From: Candidatus Woesearchaeota archaeon
Lineage (GTDB): Archaea; Nanobdellota; Nanobdellia; CAYMVK01; CAYYFB01
DNA: 64,000 nt
Reading direction: 5' to 3'
Assembly: GCA_964471255.1 (NCBI GenBank)
Contig: CAYYFB010000002.1
Location: forward strand, 42,283 to 106,282
The notes beneath the pieces are model-generated. The model was not told where the DNA came from and ran no database searches. It saw only the letters and a list, made by a program, of their open reading frames with translations. How positions within the stretch are numbered: position 1 is the first letter of the stretch; each line of letters begins with the position of its first letter. The translations under genes were made by a program, and so were the position numbers. Shown here one piece after another: positions 9,680 through 19,610 of this stretch.

Positions 9680-9742
9680 ACATAATGTGATGAGTTTAGC
9701 CTTGTCTGAAGCCTGATGAGTGATGGGCTTACTGAGCAAATA
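9680..9742 (+). ncRNA. C/D-box sRNA (2'-O-methylation guide)
   Basis: The C box GTGATGA (9687-9693) is followed by a 12-nt spacer and the D' box CTGA (9706-9709). The C' box TGATGA (9714-9719) is followed by a 12-nt spacer and the D box CTGA (9732-9735). The element is intergenic. Confidence 0.7.
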
Positions 9743-9767
9743 AATTATAACCTCCTCTGTCTAAGAT

Positions 9768-10865
9768 ATGACAATTTACTTAGTGAGATATAGTGAAATC
9801 TATTTAAAATCAGTAAGAACAAGAAAAAGACTCTTAAATTTGCTAATAACAGACATTCTCAGAAGATGCAAAGAACGAATTCAAAAAATTCAGCTAGATA
9901 AGGGAAGGATAATAATAGAAGGAAAGGAAATTTCAGAGATCCTTAAAAAAGTACCAGGAATTTTCTCTTTCAGTGAGGCAATAAGGGTAAAAAATTGGAA
10001 AGAAGTTCCTGAGGCTGTTTTGAAGTATCTGAAAGGGAAGAAAACCTTTGCTGTCAGAGTAAAGAAAAGTTTAAAGATGGAAAAAAGTAGCTTGGACATT
10101 GCTGCTGAGATTGGAGAGAAAATTTTAGAACTGGCTCCTGAGCTGCGTGTTAACTTAGATAATCCAGACATAGAAATAAATGTAGAAATAAGAAAGAGTG
10201 GAACTTACGTTTTTTTCGAGAAAATACCTGGCTTAGGAGGTCTTCCTTTAGAAAGTGAGGGAAGAGTCGTTTCATTGGTTTCTGGTGGGACAGATTCTTC
10301 TGTTGCAAGTGTTTTAGTGCTAAAAAGAGGATGTTTGCCTATTCTTCTCCACGGAGAAATGAAAAAATTCTGGAGCGGGGATGCTTATGAAAGATTCTAT
10401 AAGTTTGTAGAATATTTTTCTGAATTCTCTCCAGATTCTCCCGTTTACTCCTTTAATCTAGAAGAACTCCACGAAAAGTTCAGGCTTAATAATAGTCTAC
10501 GCTGTTTCTTCTGTAAAGCATGTATGTATAAAGCTGGAGAGATCCTTTGCAAAAAAACAGGGGCAAAGGCGATAGTAACAGGAGAATCTCTAGGACAAGT
10601 TGCTACCCAAACGCTCGAAGCATTGTATTTCCTCTCCAGAACAGTTTCTATTCCTGTTTTCAGGCCTGTTCTTTGCTGGAGTAAGCTTGAGATAGAATCT
10701 TTAGCAAAAAATCTTAACTTATATCGAATTACCGGAAAGAATGTGGGAAAATGTTCACTTCTACCGACCTTCCCTCGCACGACTCTTTCCAAAAATGAAT
10801 TTATTAGACTAAAAAAAGAAATAAAGAGAATTGAGAGAAATATTAGATTTAAAAAGATTTACTAA
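9768..10865 (+). CDS. thiI: tRNA 4-thiouridine synthase ThiI-like (THUMP + PP-loop)
   Basis: The PP-loop [13 protein letters not shown] is preceded by a THUMP-like N-terminal half. Confidence 0.75.
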   Translation: MTIYLVRYSEIYLKSVRTRKRLLNLLITDILRRCKERIQKIQLDKGRIIIEGKEISEILKKVPGIFSFSEAIRVKNWKEVPEAVLKYLKGKKTFAVRVKKSLKMEKSSLDIAAEIGEKILELAPELRVNLDNPDIEINVEIRKSGTYVFFEKIPGLGGLPLESEGRVVSLVSGGTDSSVASVLVLKRGCLPILLHGEMKKFWSGDAYERFYKFVEYFSEFSPDSPVYSFNLEELHEKFRLNNSLRCFFCKACMYKAGEILCKKTGAKAIVTGESLGQVATQTLEALYFLSRTVSIPVFRPVLCWSKLEIESLAKNLNLYRITGKNVGKCSLLPTFPRTTLSKNEFIRLKKEIKRIERNIRFKKIY

Positions 10866-11026
10866 GGCCCCTCAAACCCACATTTTGGACATTTATATCT
10901 TACGGCTAGCAATCTGCAATCTTTGCACCTTATTATCATAGCTTCTCCACAATTTGGACAGGGGAAGATTGTTGACCCTTTCTGATTTCTTATTGGTCTC
11001 TTACAACTTATACATTTGTATTCCAT
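10862..11026 (-). CDS. Small zinc-ribbon protein with four CxxC pairs (54 aa; below the ORF-track length cut-off)
   Basis: My hand translation is [54 protein letters not shown]. This matches the pattern of the archaeal Zn-ribbon RNA-binding/HVO_2753-like family. Confidence 0.6.
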   Translation of the reverse strand: MEYKCISCKRPIRNQKGSTIFPCPNCGEAMIIRCKDCRLLAVRYKCPKCGFEGP

Positions 11027-11062
11027 ACTAGCTAAGTTTATTATTCAAAAATTAATGCTCTA

Positions 11063-11557
11063 TTGGATATGGAAAAAGAGGAAGAAAAAGTGATAGTAAG
11101 AATATGCGGGGTTGACTTAGATGGTAATTTGCCCATCGAGAGGGGGCTCTGGAGAATAAAGGGGGTTGGATTCTCTTTTGCTCATGCTGTAAGAAGGGCT
11201 TTGGGTTATCCTCCGGAAAAGAAATTAAAAGAACTAAGTGAAGACGAAATAAAAAAAGTAGAAGATTGTATAAGAAATCCTCAGAAATACGGAATACCCA
11301 GCTGGCTTTTCAATAGGAGAAAAGATTATGAAACAGGAGTAGATATGCATTTAACCGGAGGGGACCTTGATGTTGTTACGGAAAGAGATATTGAAAGACT
11401 TAAGAAAATAGAGTGCTGGAGAGGCATCAGACATGAGCTTCATTACCCTGTAAGAGGAAAAAAGACAAAACCAGGTTATACTTTTCCTCCTTATCGTAAA
11501 CATAAAAGAGGAATGGTTGTTGGTGTAGGAAAGAAGAAAGGACCGGGTGCTAAGTAA
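11063..11557 (+). CDS. rps13: 30S ribosomal protein uS13
   Basis: It contains [10 protein letters not shown]...[10 protein letters not shown]. The tracked start is TTG and an ATG lies at 11069. Confidence 0.85.
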   Translation: MDMEKEEEKVIVRICGVDLDGNLPIERGLWRIKGVGFSFAHAVRRALGYPPEKKLKELSEDEIKKVEDCIRNPQKYGIPSWLFNRRKDYETGVDMHLTGGDLDVVTERDIERLKKIECWRGIRHELHYPVRGKKTKPGYTFPPYRKHKRGMVVGVGKKKGPGAK

Positions 11558-12072
11558 TGAGAAGGTTCAGGAAAAAATACATTACGCCCTCACATCCTTG
11601 GAGAAAGGATAGGATAATTGAGGAAAGGAAGCTAATAGTCAAATATGGTCTGAAAAATCACAGAGAAATCTGGAGAGCGAAGTGGATACTAAAAAGAATA
11701 AGGGAAAATGCAAAGAATCTAATAAGATTAAGGGGAACTGATGAAGGAGAAAAAAGAAGGAAAGAATTTATGGAAAGACTGTATAAAATAGGCCTCATCG
11801 AAAAAAATGCAAAACTGGATGATGTCCTAGAATTAACTACTGAAGATATACTTGAGAGAAGGTTGCAAACCATTGTTTTTAAACTAGGACTAGCAAAAAC
11901 GATAAGACAGGCCAGACAACTAATTGTTCACCGGCACATAATGGTGGGAGATAGGTTAGTAACTTCCCCTTCATATCTCGTACGGCGGGAAGAAGAGGGC
12001 CTAATAAGGTATAGGGATCCTTCTCTTAAGGAAAAAATATTCAGAGAAGAAGGGGTAGAAAAGCATGAGTAA
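11557..12072 (+). CDS. rps4: 30S ribosomal protein uS4
   Basis: It contains PSHPW and an S4 RNA-binding domain ([27 protein letters not shown]). Confidence 0.85.
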   Translation: MRRFRKKYITPSHPWRKDRIIEERKLIVKYGLKNHREIWRAKWILKRIRENAKNLIRLRGTDEGEKRRKEFMERLYKIGLIEKNAKLDDVLELTTEDILERRLQTIVFKLGLAKTIRQARQLIVHRHIMVGDRLVTSPSYLVRREEEGLIRYRDPSLKEKIFREEGVEKHE

Positions 12073-12457
12073 AGAAAGATGGGGTGTAGCTCATATTTAC
12101 TCAAGTAAAAATAATACAATAATCCATATTACAGATATCACTGGGGCAGAGACTATAGCTATAGTTTCCGGGGGTTTTGTAACAAGCAGTGACAGATATG
12201 AAGGTACACCAACAGCTGCAATACTTGCCACACGAGCAGCTGCTGAGAAAGCATTAAGGGTAGGGATTACTGCTGTACATGTAAAAGTACGTGCTCCAGG
12301 GGGACACAACGGGCCAAGAATACCTGGGCCTGGAGCAAATGCAGCAATAAGAACCTTAGTAAGGAAAGGCTTAAAAATAGGATTTATTTTAGATGTTACC
12401 CCTATCCCGCATGATGGTTGCAGGAGAAAGGGAGGAAGAAGAGGGAGGCGAGTATAG
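12065..12457 (+). CDS. rps11: 30S ribosomal protein uS11
   Basis: It contains [18 protein letters not shown]...[12 protein letters not shown]...[11 protein letters not shown]. Confidence 0.9.
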   Translation: MSKERWGVAHIYSSKNNTIIHITDITGAETIAIVSGGFVTSSDRYEGTPTAAILATRAAAEKALRVGITAVHVKVRAPGGHNGPRIPGPGANAAIRTLVRKGLKIGFILDVTPIPHDGCRRKGGRRGRRV

Positions 12458-13195
12458 TTGAAGATAAAAGTATTGAAAGATGAAAACTCTGAATTAGAAT
12501 TTTTAATAGAGTTTGATTCAAAAACGAACTTTCAGTTTCTAAATGCCCTTCGTAGAACAATGATGGGACATATAGAGACATTTGCTATTGAGGATGTTTA
12601 TATCAGAGCTAACTCATCTGCTCTTTGGGATGAATATCTTGCACATAGGTTGGGTTTGCTTGTAATAAGAGCAGAAAAACCTGCGAAAAGGGTTAAGTTT
12701 TTTCTAAAAGTAAAGGGACCTAAGACTGTTTATGCTAAAGATATAAAAGTAGAGGGAAATGCTGAAATAGTCTATCCAGAGACTATTTTAGTAGAACTTG
12801 ATGAAGGCCAAGAAATAGATCTATATGCAACTGGAAAATGGGGAAAAGGAATAGAACATGCAAAATGGTCTCCATGCTTGGCCACTTATAGGCATTACGT
12901 GGAAGTATTCTTTGATAAGAAGGACAAGGAGTTCAAAACTTATTGTGAGAAAAATGGAATCTTGGTTGAGGAAAGGGAAGATAAGTATGTAGCTATAGAC
13001 TGTCTAAAAAGAGAAGGGGTTTTGCAGATAGCCGAATCAAGAGGGTATGAAATAAAAGAATACGATAATAAAGTTGTATTTTATTTGGAGAGCTGGGGGC
13101 AGTTAAAAAAAGAAGACATAGTAGTGTTGGGAGCTGAGACTTTAAAGAGGATGTTAGAAGAATTTAGGCTTAGACTGTTTAAGATAATCAGCTAG
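12458..13195 (+). CDS. rpoD: DNA-directed RNA polymerase subunit D (Rpo3)
   Basis: It sits after S13-S4-S11 and contains FLNALRRTMMGHIETFAIEDV. It uses a TTG start immediately after the S11 stop. Confidence 0.8.
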   Translation: MKIKVLKDENSELEFLIEFDSKTNFQFLNALRRTMMGHIETFAIEDVYIRANSSALWDEYLAHRLGLLVIRAEKPAKRVKFFLKVKGPKTVYAKDIKVEGNAEIVYPETILVELDEGQEIDLYATGKWGKGIEHAKWSPCLATYRHYVEVFFDKKDKEFKTYCEKNGILVEEREDKYVAIDCLKREGVLQIAESRGYEIKEYDNKVVFYLESWGQLKKEDIVVLGAETLKRMLEEFRLRLFKIIS

Positions 13196-13212
13196 GACTT
13201 CTCTTCAGCTAG

Positions 13213-13270
13213 TCAGTTTCCGGATTCCTCATCATATAGAACTATATTATTCATAGGCTTTTTACATCAT
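13213..13270 (-). ncRNA. Candidate C/D-box sRNA (weak)
   Basis: On the minus strand, ATGATGA (13229-13235) is followed by an exact 12-nt spacer and CTGA (13213-13216). The upstream C-like box ATGATGT (13264-13270) is imperfect and no clear D' box is present. Confidence 0.3.
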
Positions 13271-13271
13271 T

Positions 13272-13469
13272 ATGATCTTTCCAGTGAGATGCTTCACTTG
13301 TGGAAAACCCATAGGGCACCTCTGGGAAAAATATCAAAGGTTATTAAAAGAAGGAAAGACCCCCAATTCTGCATTAAACGAGTTAAAAATAAAGAGACCA
13401 TGTTGTAGAGCAATTTTTCTAACTCATGTAGATATGATTAAAAAAATAATGAAGTTTAAAAGAGGATAG
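13272..13469 (+). CDS. rpoN: DNA-directed RNA polymerase subunit N (Rpo10)
   Basis: It contains MIFPVRCFTCGKPIGHLWEKY...RPCCR. Confidence 0.85.
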   Translation: MIFPVRCFTCGKPIGHLWEKYQRLLKEGKTPNSALNELKIKRPCCRAIFLTHVDMIKKIMKFKRG

Positions 13470-13499
13470 GTTTTTCTTCTTAATTAAAATAGAATATAA

Positions 13500-16400
13500 A
13501 TGGGAAATACAGAAATAAAAAAGGCTATTCTTAATGATTACTTCAACCTGATCGAAAAAGAGGCATTTAAAGCATATAAAATTGCCGAAGCTGCCAGAAG
13601 TAAAGGATTCGATCCCACCGAAAAAGTCGAGATAGAAATAGCTAACAATGCTGCTGAACGGGTTCAGAAGCTTGTTTCGTTTAGGGTACCTTCTCTTGCT
13701 GGCACTGATCTCTCTGAAAGAATAAGAAAATATGAGGAAAAGTATGGCTGGCTAGATTGGAGAGTAAGCCTTAAAATAGCTGAAGACGTAGCTTTTGGCG
13801 AGTTTTGTGACTGGAAAAATGAAGTAGAAGGCATTGATGCCGGAATAAGAACAGGGCTTGCCTATATAACTTTGGGGGTTGTTTCCGCTCCTATAGAGGG
13901 AATAATAGGAGTAAAAATAAAAAGAAGGATGGATCGGGGTAATTACCTAGCCATATATTATGGCGGACCTATCAGAACTGCTGGTGGCACTGCCAGCGCT
14001 TTTTCAGTATTAATTGCAGATTATCTAAGGAAAAAATTTGGAATTTCAGAATATGATCCAACCGAAGATGAAATCCAGCGTTATATTATCGAAATAGAAA
14101 TGTATCATTCTTCACAGAGGCTTCAGTATAAACCCGCTCCAGAGGAGATAAAGTACCTTGTAACCCACATCCCTATTGAAGTAACTGGAGACGGAACTTT
14201 AGAAAAAGAGGTCCTTGCAAAGAAAGACTTACCACGTGTAGAAACAAATCTAGTAAGAGGGGGAATGTGTCTAGTATTAGGTGAGGGGCTAGCTCAAAAA
14301 CTAAAAAAATTTAAAAAAATTGAAAAGTGGGCAAAGGATTGGGGGCTTGAGCATTGGGTTAAAATTTCAAAAGAATTTTCCGAGCTACAAAAGAAAATAC
14401 ACTCTGGAGTGGAGAATACAAGTAGTGGTATTGCTCCTAATTACAGATACCTAGAAGAACTGGTAACAGGGCGGCCAATCCTTTCCCTTCCTATGAAAGT
14501 AGGTGGATTTAGAATTAGGTATGGGAGAGCGAGAAACACAGGACTTGCAGCAGTAGGGGTTCATCCAGCCACGATGGAAATTTTAGGGTTCTTAGGAATA
14601 GGGACACAAATTGCAATAGAAAGACCGGGAAAGGCAGCTGCAGTTTCACCCGTAGATACTATTGAGGGGCCTATTGTCAAACTAAAAGATGGATCCGTGG
14701 TTAGAGTGGAATCCTTAGCGTTTGCGAGAAAAATAAAAAGTGAGATAAAGGAGGTTCTCTTTCTGGGAGATATTTTAATAGCATTTGGTGAATTCCTAAG
14801 AAATGGCCATATTCTTATTCCTTCCGGATATGTAGAAGAATGGTGGGCCCAGGAGGTAAGACGGGCATTAAAAGAAAAGAAAATAGATGAGAATCTAAAA
14901 GAAAAAATTAAAAAGATCCTAAGAAACCCACTTAGAAACAAACCAGATGCAAAATTAGCTTTAGAGATTTCGAAAGAATTACAGGTCCCTCTTCATCCAA
15001 AGTACACATACTTCTGGGAAAATATCTCCTCTTCCGATATTATTTACCTTTTTGAGAAATTAAAAAAAGGTTCGTGGGAGGGAGATGTTCTACGCCTAAA
15101 ATATGACAAAAAATTAAAAAAGATACTTGAGAAAATCTGTATTCCACATAGAGTGAATGATAGTGAAATAATAATAGAAGAGGATTCTATAATACTAAAA
15201 GAATTCTTGGATTATTATCTTAAAAAGGAAGAAATAAAAGGAAAGGATGGGCTTGAGGCTTTAAAAAGTTTTGTAAAAATTCCCTTAAGAAAAAAGAGTG
15301 GCATATACTTAGGAGCAAGAATAGGAAGACCTGAGAAGTCAGCTTTAAGAAAATTAAAGGGAAGGCCTCACATGCTTTTCCCTGTAGGAAGCGAAGGGGG
15401 GAGAATGAGGAATTTTATGGAAGCTGTAAAGCAAGGTTCCATAACAGGAGAGTTTCCTATGTTTTTTTGCCGAAAATGTTCCAGATGGACTATATATCCA
15501 AAGTGTGAGAAATGCAACAGTAGAACAATAAGATATTACACATGTAGAATTTGTGGAAAAAAGGTAAGAAGCACAGTTCATTGTGGATATAATTGTCTTG
15601 TAACCGAAAAAAGGAAAATAAATCCAGGGGAATATCTTTCAATAGCTCTCAAAAACTTGGGATTAGAAAGCCCTTCCCTATTAAAAGGAGTAAAAGGAAT
15701 GAGCTCGTTGGAAAAGATACCCGAAAGGATAGAGAAAGGAATTCTTAGAGCATTTCATAAACTCTATGTCAATAAGGACGGAACCATAAGATTTGACGCA
15801 ATAGAATTGCCTCTTACTCATTTTAGACCCAAAGAAATAGGGGTTAGTGTAGAAAAACTCAGAGAGCTAGGATACAAGTTTGATATATATGGGAAGCCTT
15901 TAGTTTCGGAAGATCAAATAGTAGAGCTATTTCCTCAGGATATTATATTGCCCGACCCAAATGTAAGGGGTAAAGAGGAAAAAAGTGCAGCCGAGGTGTT
16001 TTTCCGAGTAGCAAATTTCATAGATGACTTATTGGAAAAATTATATGGCCTTCCACGCTATTACAATCTAAGGAGAAAAGAAGACTTAATTGGACATCTT
16101 TGCATAGCTCTTGCTCCTCACACCTCTGCTGGGACTGTTTGTAGAATTATTGGTTTCTCAAAAACACAAACAATAATTGCTCATCCATACCTCCATGCTG
16201 CTGAGAGGCGCAATTGCGATGGAGATGAGTTGGGTCTTATTCTTCTTTTAGATGGTCTGCTTAACTTTTCTAGAAAATTTCTCCCAAAAAAGAGGGGAGC
16301 TACTCAAGACGCTCCCTTAGTAATCTGTACTAAAATAGATCCAAGATATGTAGATGATGAAGTCTATAACATGGAAGTTGTAGATTCGTATCCTCTGGAA

Positions 16401-16994
16401 TTCTTTGAACTAACTCAAGAACTAGTGGATCCAAAAACCGTTCTTGAAAAGGGATTAATTGAAATTGTAGAACAAAGAATAGGAAATTCAAATCAATTCT
16501 TTGACTTAAAGTTTACCCATGATACAGAGGACATAAATAAAGGTATTAGAATTTCCGCCTACAAAGAGCTGAATACAATGGAGGAAAAGCTAAATGAGAG
16601 CCTAAAAATAGCCCAATTATTGAGGAGTGTTGATGAACGTTATGCTGCGCTTCTTACCATAAAAGCCCACTTTATGAAAGATGTAAAGGGAAATTACAGA
16701 AAATTTTTCTCTCAAGTCTTTAGGTGTGTAAATTGTAACGAAAAATATGAAAGACCGCCTTTATCAGGAAAATGTAGGAAGTGTGGTGGAAGGATCATAT
16801 TAACTGTGCCTGAAGGAGGCGTTAAGAAGTATTTAGATTTTATAGTACGATTAGCCCAAAAGTATCACTTTGATACCTATGAAATGCAGGAGATATTGCT
16901 GCTAAAAGAGAGAATAGATTCCCTCTTTGGACAGGAATATAAGCTAATAGGTTTTCTTAATAACAATAAGTGTGAAACAAAAACTTCTAATTGA
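13500..16994 (+). CDS. dp2: DNA polymerase II (PolD) large subunit DP2
   Basis: It is 1164 aa with DP2-like conserved blocks (GGPIRTAGGTASA, HPYLHAAERRNCDGDE) and Cys clusters near the middle and the C-terminus. No intein is present. Confidence 0.85.
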   Translation: MGNTEIKKAILNDYFNLIEKEAFKAYKIAEAARSKGFDPTEKVEIEIANNAAERVQKLVSFRVPSLAGTDLSERIRKYEEKYGWLDWRVSLKIAEDVAFGEFCDWKNEVEGIDAGIRTGLAYITLGVVSAPIEGIIGVKIKRRMDRGNYLAIYYGGPIRTAGGTASAFSVLIADYLRKKFGISEYDPTEDEIQRYIIEIEMYHSSQRLQYKPAPEEIKYLVTHIPIEVTGDGTLEKEVLAKKDLPRVETNLVRGGMCLVLGEGLAQKLKKFKKIEKWAKDWGLEHWVKISKEFSELQKKIHSGVENTSSGIAPNYRYLEELVTGRPILSLPMKVGGFRIRYGRARNTGLAAVGVHPATMEILGFLGIGTQIAIERPGKAAAVSPVDTIEGPIVKLKDGSVVRVESLAFARKIKSEIKEVLFLGDILIAFGEFLRNGHILIPSGYVEEWWAQEVRRALKEKKIDENLKEKIKKILRNPLRNKPDAKLALEISKELQVPLHPKYTYFWENISSSDIIYLFEKLKKGSWEGDVLRLKYDKKLKKILEKICIPHRVNDSEIIIEEDSIILKEFLDYYLKKEEIKGKDGLEALKSFVKIPLRKKSGIYLGARIGRPEKSALRKLKGRPHMLFPVGSEGGRMRNFMEAVKQGSITGEFPMFFCRKCSRWTIYPKCEKCNSRTIRYYTCRICGKKVRSTVHCGYNCLVTEKRKINPGEYLSIALKNLGLESPSLLKGVKGMSSLEKIPERIEKGILRAFHKLYVNKDGTIRFDAIELPLTHFRPKEIGVSVEKLRELGYKFDIYGKPLVSEDQIVELFPQDIILPDPNVRGKEEKSAAEVFFRVANFIDDLLEKLYGLPRYYNLRRKEDLIGHLCIALAPHTSAGTVCRIIGFSKTQTIIAHPYLHAAERRNCDGDELGLILLLDGLLNFSRKFLPKKRGATQDAPLVICTKIDPRYVDDEVYNMEVVDSYPLEFFELTQELVDPKTVLEKGLIEIVEQRIGNSNQFFDLKFTHDTEDINKGIRISAYKELNTMEEKLNESLKIAQLLRSVDERYAALLTIKAHFMKDVKGNYRKFFSQVFRCVNCNEKYERPPLSGKCRKCGGRIILTVPEGGVKKYLDFIVRLAQKYHFDTYEMQEILLLKERIDSLFGQEYKLIGFLNNNKCETKTSN

Positions 16995-17583
16995 GCGCAA
17001 GATAGTGTTAATGGATGATAGAGAGGACAAACTTATTGAAAAAATTTTAAAAGAAAGAGGAATTCATGTAATTAGAAGGAGATTAGAAGTTGCTGATTAT
17101 GTAATAGGAGATATTGGGATAGAAAGAAAATCTTTCTCAGACTTTGTTAATTCTATTATAGACAAGCGACTATTTGAACAAGCTAGGAATCTAAGAGAGA
17201 ATTTTCAGAAACCTCTTTTCATTGTGGAGAAAGGATATACTCCAGTAAACATAAGTGATAACGCAATTAGAGGAGCCATTTTATCACTTTATACTGACTT
17301 TGGAATTCCGGTTATTTTCTCAAGAGGTCTGGAGGATACAGCAGAGTATATTTACCTTCTGGCGAAGGAAAAGAGAAAGTATATACAAATAGGAAGAAGA
17401 AAGAAGGGAGATGTTAGAATAAATATCTTATGCGCCTTTCCAGGAATAGGAACCAAAAAAGCCGAAGCCTTGCTCCAGGAATTTGGCAACCTAATTTCCA
17501 TATTTGAATCCGATTATTTGAAACTTAAAAAAATACTTGGAGAAAAAATTGCTCTAAAATTTATAGAAACATTGAGGAGGTGA
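16972..17583 (+). CDS. xpf: Short XPF/Hef-type ERCC4 nuclease with HhH2
   Basis: It has the nuclease motif GIERKSFSDFVNSIIDKRLFEQ and the HhH motif FPGIGTKKAEALLQEFG. The start is uncertain (GTG at 16972 or ATG at 17011). Confidence 0.7.
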   Translation: MKQKLLIERKIVLMDDREDKLIEKILKERGIHVIRRRLEVADYVIGDIGIERKSFSDFVNSIIDKRLFEQARNLRENFQKPLFIVEKGYTPVNISDNAIRGAILSLYTDFGIPVIFSRGLEDTAEYIYLLAKEKRKYIQIGRRKKGDVRINILCAFPGIGTKKAEALLQEFGNLISIFESDYLKLKKILGEKIALKFIETLRR

Positions 17584-18512
17584 TGTTTTTCTACATAATA
17601 GTTGGTATAGATGTCGGAATTTGGACTGGAATTGCAATTTCAGACTTAAAAGGAAATATTTCAAAAATTATGAGTCTAAAACACGCCTCTCCAGATGACA
17701 TTGTTAGGATTATAGAAAAGGAAGGAACCCCTATTCTCTTTTGTATAGACGTGAGCAAAATACCTCAAAAAGTAAAAACCATATCCAGAAAGTTTAATGC
17801 AAAGGTTTTTGCTCCAGAAAAGGATCTTTCAAGAGAGGAGAAGGAAAAGTTGGTTAAGGGATATAAATTTAAAACTGATCATGAAAGGGACGCCTTAGCT
17901 GCCATAAAATACTTCTTTAAACAAAAAGGAAACTGGCTAGAAAAGATAGAGAAGGATTGTAAGAAATATTTTGATTTATTTGTAGATGAAATTAAAAGGA
18001 AAGTAATAATAGAAGGAAAAAGAAGCATTGAGGATACTATAAAGGAAGTATTATTTGAACATGATAAAAAACTTAGAGAACTCAGTATTGAAATATTAAA
18101 GTTAAGAGGGAGGGTCCATTACCTAGAAGAAAAGCTTAAAGAAAAGGAGAGACCTAGAATCATAAAAGAAAGTAGTAAGGAAATAGAGAAACTCAAAGAA
18201 ATTATTAGGAAGTATAGAAAGTATATAAGGAAGAAGGAATTCTTCTTTAAGAATATTTCAGAACTGTTAGCGAATAAGGATTATATCCCTTGCAATGCTA
18301 GGATTTTTCTGGAGCGGCTGGACAAAGTAAATGAGGATGTTATTATTGCGTTAAAAGAAATATCTCCCAAAGAGGTTGTCTATAGGAAGGGCAATTTGAA
18401 AGAGGCTGAGAAACTTTTAAAAGCTGGTATTAACATTAGGAAAGAAAAATTAACTCCTGAGGATGTAATAGAAATATTGAAGGGAAAGCCCCCGTCGTCT
18501 AGCCAGGACTAG
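17580..18512 (+). CDS. DUF460-like RNase H-fold (RuvC/YqgF-like) putative nuclease with a coiled-coil tail
   Basis: It contains IVGIDVGIWTGIAISDLKG...ILFCIDVS...HERDALAAIKY. The last ~25 nt overlap tRNA-Glu on the same strand. Confidence 0.55.
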   Translation: MMFFYIIVGIDVGIWTGIAISDLKGNISKIMSLKHASPDDIVRIIEKEGTPILFCIDVSKIPQKVKTISRKFNAKVFAPEKDLSREEKEKLVKGYKFKTDHERDALAAIKYFFKQKGNWLEKIEKDCKKYFDLFVDEIKRKVIIEGKRSIEDTIKEVLFEHDKKLRELSIEILKLRGRVHYLEEKLKEKERPRIIKESSKEIEKLKEIIRKYRKYIRKKEFFFKNISELLANKDYIPCNARIFLERLDKVNEDVIIALKEISPKEVVYRKGNLKEAEKLLKAGINIRKEKLTPEDVIEILKGKPPSSSQD

Positions 18513-18562
18513 GATGCGGGATTCTCGGTCCCGAGGCCCGGGTTCAAATCCCGGCGGGGGCA
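18488..18562 (+). tRNA. tRNA-Glu (anticodon CTC)
   Basis: It folds into a hand-drawn cloverleaf with acceptor GCCCCCG/CGGGGGC, anticodon arm CGGGA-TTCTCGG-TCCCG and T arm CCGGG-TTCAAAT-CCCGG. It is 75 nt with no encoded CCA. Confidence 0.9.
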
Positions 18563-18970
18563 GTGATTTAAGGTAACAATCCTATCTTTATGGACCTTGG
18601 CTTCAGAATTTGGCTTATCCTTTAGATAAGCTCTCAATAATTGGTTGACTATACTGGGATATTCAAGTGTGGCTTTTTAGAAAGAGTATCAATTAAAGAC
18701 GTCTCTCAAGCTGCCTAGAGAAACATTAGGTATTCTAAAAGTTCTCCTGAAATCCTTCTTAGGTGGATATCTAAATAAACTAATGCTATTTTCCATCTCA
18801 CTGCTTCTATGAACAGTGTTCACAACATGAACATTCTGCGGGCTCCCAATACCTTTCAATCCAGAATCTGATCTAACTTCGCCAAAGAGGCCCTAGAATA
18901 TCAAAAGACTCCAAAAATGTAAAGTAAAAGTTTTATGAACAAAATAGTATTTTTAAATGCTGTTAAGAAA

Positions 18971-19327
18971 TTAAAAGACTCTTTTTACGACATTTACTTT
19001 ATCAAATCCCTTATCATTTGAGAATATTGTTGAAATTTCATTATCTATCACAGTAGCAACATGAATAGCGTCCTCGAAATCTAAATTGTATTTTCTCATT
19101 AGCCTTCTGGATATTCAGGGTTCTCTTATTAAGATCCAACAGTTCTATTCCTAAGTCCTCTAATATTTCGATTATATTTTTAAGCTTCGTCAACACATAT
19201 AACGGCCATGTGGTTAATGAAGATGTTGCAAGATCTTTATTCTCTTTGATTATTTTTTAGATTTTTCTCCAAAAACCGGATCTGCGGTTAAAAAATAATA
19301 TATGATATTCACATCAATATATTTCAT
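18971..19327 (-). pseudogene. vapC: PIN-domain toxin VapC, disrupted by two frameshifts
   Basis: Three frames together give MKYIDVNIIYYFL..., ...IIKENKDLATSSL...LLDLNKRTL... and ...YNLDFEDAIHVATVIDNEISTIFSNDKGFDKV. Both frame breaks fall in A-runs, and the start overlaps the end of vapB. Confidence 0.65.
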
Positions 19328-19571
19328 TTGCCATTATCCTCCTTGTCTCTTCCTCTATCTTTTTGTCTAGTTTTTTTGGAGAAAGAGATTTCTTGTTTTT
19401 AATTATTCTATAATATTTTTCTATATTTCTTTCTACTGGTTTTAGAATAATATTCTCGTCGTCATAAGTTATAATAAACTTCCTTGCCTTTATTTTCTTT
19501 CTAATCTCAGCTGGAATATATATCTTCCCCTCAATTATTTTTGTTCTCGTATTTGGTAAAAATTTTTCCAC
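19314..19571 (-). CDS. vapB: AbrB/SpoVT-family antitoxin (VapB-like)
   Basis: EGKIYIPAEIRKKIKARKFIITYDDENIILKP is a looped-hinge-helix motif, and the gene lies directly upstream of the PIN remnant. Confidence 0.6.
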   Translation of the reverse strand: MEKFLPNTRTKIIEGKIYIPAEIRKKIKARKFIITYDDENIILKPVERNIEKYYRIIKNKKSLSPKKLDKKIEEETRRIMANEIY

Positions 19572-19610
19572 TCTATAGAAATTATGGTAAGTTCTAGATA
19601 CCTAAAGAAA

